Source: Octopus sinensis
Lineage: Eukaryota
Assembly: GCF_006345805.1 (NCBI RefSeq)
Contig: NC_043008.1
Span: 8,122,001-8,186,000, forward strand
Length of the DNA: 64,000 nucleotides
Direction of reading: 5' to 3'
The notes beneath the pieces were generated by a model, which ran no database searches, was not told the DNA's origin, and saw only the letters and a program-made list of their open reading frames with translations. Shown here piece by piece: positions 62,964 to 64,000 of this stretch (positions are counted from its first letter, which is position 1; every line of letters begins with the position of its first letter). A program made the translations under genes and the position numbers.

Positions 62964-63525
62964 ACACCAAACTATATAGCAGTGACTAATTTAAACCAGG
63001 CATTTTGCTTGCAGGTAAAATAGACTGTAAATATCGATATGTTATACTTGCTAATGTTAGCAATAAGCTACTTTCTGTGTTCCTGTATGTCAGAACGAGA
63101 TCATCCACTCTCTCGAAGTCTTACTGCAAATATCTAAATTGCAAATTAGATTACCTCTATCTTCGGTTGCATGCAAAACAAAAAGCAAAAAATTACTGAG
63201 CGTCGGCACATTACGTTAATGTAACTTGAATTCTACATTTCAGTGCATCTAGTGATCGGTCGCAGAGCTTCATATACAAATTGACCGTACTGAAAACTTG
63301 TACAAGGGATGGAATGCTATGTATCCCATGACATATGGGAATCCTTGTAAATCTATATTGAAAATCATTTGTTGTGGCAGTGTGGTAAGTAGCTTGCTTG
63401 CCAACCACATGGTTCCGGGTTCAGACGCACAGCGTGACACCTTGGGCAATTCTCTTCTACTATAGCCTCGGGCCGACCAAAGCGTTGTGAGTGGATTTGG
63501 TAGATGGAAACTGATAAAGCCCGTC

Positions 63526-63592
<67 letters not shown>

Positions 63593-63792
63593 GTGTGTGT
63601 ATGTGTGCATGCACGTGCGTGCGTGCGTGTTTCTATTACGTGGTTTCTTGGACAATATGGTTTGTTCTTCCAGGAAAATGGCATTGAAAGTTATTTAGAA
63701 TACTGTGAGTGCCTTTCCGAGTGTAATTTTCCCAATTCTAAGATTTTCGTTCACATTATTTGCATATATAAGATAGGTAAATACATGTAGAT

Positions 63793-63837
<45 letters not shown>

Positions 63838-64000
63838 ACACCAAACTATATAGCAGTGACTAATTTAAACCAGGCATTTTGCTTGCAGGTAAAATAGACT
63901 GTAAATATCGATATGTTATACTTGCTAATGTTAGCAATAAGCTACTTTCTGTGTTCCTGTATGTCAGAACGAGATCATCCACTCTCTCGAAGTCTTACTG
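62697..64000 (+). repeat. Direct duplication, period 874 bp (62697-63126 repeated from about 63571 to the window end)
   Basis: I found no differences, including an identical 34-nt TA run. Confidence 0.9.
63371..63530 (+). mobile_element. SINE family A, 5' half
   Basis: TGTGGTAAGTAGCTTGCTTGCCAACCACATGGTTCCGGGTTCAG...GGATTTGGTAGATGGAAACTG. It ends in (TA)n(TG)n. Confidence 0.88.

Overview
AT-rich, microsatellite-saturated eukaryotic DNA, most likely from an octopus or other coleoid cephalopod. This is inferred from memory of its tRNA-derived SINE families and from its TA/CA/AAT repeat load; it is not database-verified. I can support no intact host protein-coding gene. Almost all listed ORFs are microsatellite or SINE artefacts, and only a few weak splice-site candidates exist. 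The window is a transposon graveyard. It holds at least three SINE families (about 17 copies), two Tigger/pogo, two mariner and one Chapaev3-like transposase remnants, and R4/Dong-like retrotransposon pieces inside (TAA)n arrays. It also holds CR1-group and Tx1/L1-like LINE fragments and two non-autonomous Helitrons. The main signal is three unrelated long palindromes (2356-2676, 29161-29823, 38315-38499), each anchored on TA or (TA)n. Each carries a head-to-head pair of type I hammerhead-ribozyme (HHR) motifs with self-complementary stem III, and the inversion point is only 15-32 nt upstream of the ribozyme. Two of the three have unusually long stem II hairpins. More solo HHR motifs sit in other (TA)n-embedded elements (17361, 30550, 47545). 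These look like Penelope-like pLTR or retrozyme derivatives. The second highlight is a foldback element with about 270-bp inverted arms (27147-28564) whose interior is a roughly 99% identical copy of an 840-bp segment 6.6 kb upstream. All coordinates and identities were read by eye.
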